A stretch of 64,000 bases of DNA from Paraphysomonas bandaiensis (lineage: Eukaryota; Protista; Chrysophyceae). Shown here in pieces: positions 62,985-64,000 of this stretch. Below the pieces are notes generated by a model that saw only the letters and a list, made by a program, of their open reading frames with translations, made no database searches and was not told the DNA's origin. The stretch's first letter is position 1. Every line of letters starts with the position of its first letter. The position numbers and the translations under genes are program-made. Location: positions 9,307 through 73,306 of the forward strand of contig CBFFRP010000404.1 in the NCBI GenBank assembly GCA_965644295.1, written 5' to 3'.

Positions 62985-64000
62985 TTGATTAATTGGGATT
63001 TGGCTATTCATCAGTTGGAATTTTTCGGCTATCTTTGTAAGGACAACACTTACCAATTAACTGAGGCCCGAAAATTATCAGTAACTGCAATTGAATTTCC
63101 AGAAGGGAAAAACAAGACGAAACAAATGCAGAGATTTCTTGGAGCGGCAATATATTTTAAACCTTTTATTCCGTTATATAGTGACCTTACTCATAAGTTA
63201 CATGACATGACGAAGAAGAATTTTGACTGGAATGAAAATTGTTGGAAAGTAAATTACAGGGAGGAATTTAGTAGATTTAAAGAGCGATTTAAAATCTCTT
63301 ACTCTGTATCATCCCGACTATTCTTTAAGATGGATCTTGATGACAGATGCTTCGTTTTATGCATGTGGAGGTGTGTTGTTACAAATTTTCATTGACACCA
63401 ATGGTCAAGAATTCTATCAAGTAATTGCAATGGTGTCGAAGAAATTTTCGGAACCAACATTGAAGTGGTCCACCATTGACAAGGAGTGTTTTGGAATATT
63501 CTTTTGTGTATATGCTTTGTCGTATTATTTGAGAGGCAAAAAGTTCACGATCATGACAGATCACGCCAATCTTAAATGGATGGAAGTTTCGGTTGTTGAC
63601 AGAATAGTACGCATGCGGATGTTTATACAGAATTTCAATTTCGACTTGCTTCATTTCAAGGGAAAGTTAAACAGATTTGCTGATTGGTTATCTCGTAAAG
63701 ATCAGGAATCGGCTGTGGCTCATGTTATGTTGTTGTCCATAAGTATAGACTGTTTTCCTGAGGAGAGTCTAATATATGGGGAAATTGTTATATTTGAGAA
63801 TACAGATTTGCTACCGGAGGATCAACTGATTGAATTAAATTGTATAGGAGAATGGAGTTCTGAATCAGATGATATAGCATGTTGTGCTGTATTTTCTTCA
63901 GAGATCATAGCAGCTCTGGAAGAACTAGCGAGTCAAAATTTACGGCCTAAATCAATGGAAGCGTTTGATTTGGTTCATAACGGTCGTATGGGGCATCATG
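62985..64000 (+). mobile_element. Ty3/Gypsy LTR-retrotransposon pol fragment (RT end, RNase H, start of integrase), frameshifted
   Basis: EFFGY...QMQRFLGAAIYFKPFIP; frameshift near 63285; TDAS..ACGGVL, KECFGI, TDHANL, NRFADWLSR; H...GH of the integrase zinc finger at the window edge. Confidence 0.92.

Overview
Gene-dense eukaryotic genomic window with mostly short (about 45-90 nt) GT-AG introns. The gene content (inner-arm dynein I1-beta, SAS6-like, membrane hybrid histidine kinase) fits a flagellated protist, probably a stramenopile (inference). About 15 protein-coding genes: GCAT/kbl, TVP23, alanyl-tRNA synthetase, an orphan membrane protein, a multi-TM hybrid histidine kinase, a pseudo-receiver/PAS-like protein, a WW protein, ataxin-2, an S8 protease, an SDR, dynein heavy chain DNAH2/DHC10, a GH38 mannosidase, a Ser/Pro-rich orphan, SAS6L and a COPI-associated protein. 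A frameshifted Ty3/Gypsy pol fragment sits at the right edge. Intergenic DNA holds a hAT family (TIR CAGGGCTGCGTA..., one MITE with an 8-bp TSD), a non-coding retroposon-like family with a fixed 3' end (about 7 copies, one nested in another with an 11-bp TSD), a 122-bp near-perfect inverted repeat, a ~430-bp repeat bracketing the kinase and a 40-bp VNTR. Best novelty candidates: (i) a possible signalling pair of a lysine-less rhodopsin-like histidine kinase and a neighbouring pseudo-receiver+NLS+PAS-like protein; (ii) a GH38 mannosidase with a ~4-TM bundle inserted inside its C-terminal domain; (iii) the self-nesting retroposon. All domain calls come from motif reading by eye; no searches were run.
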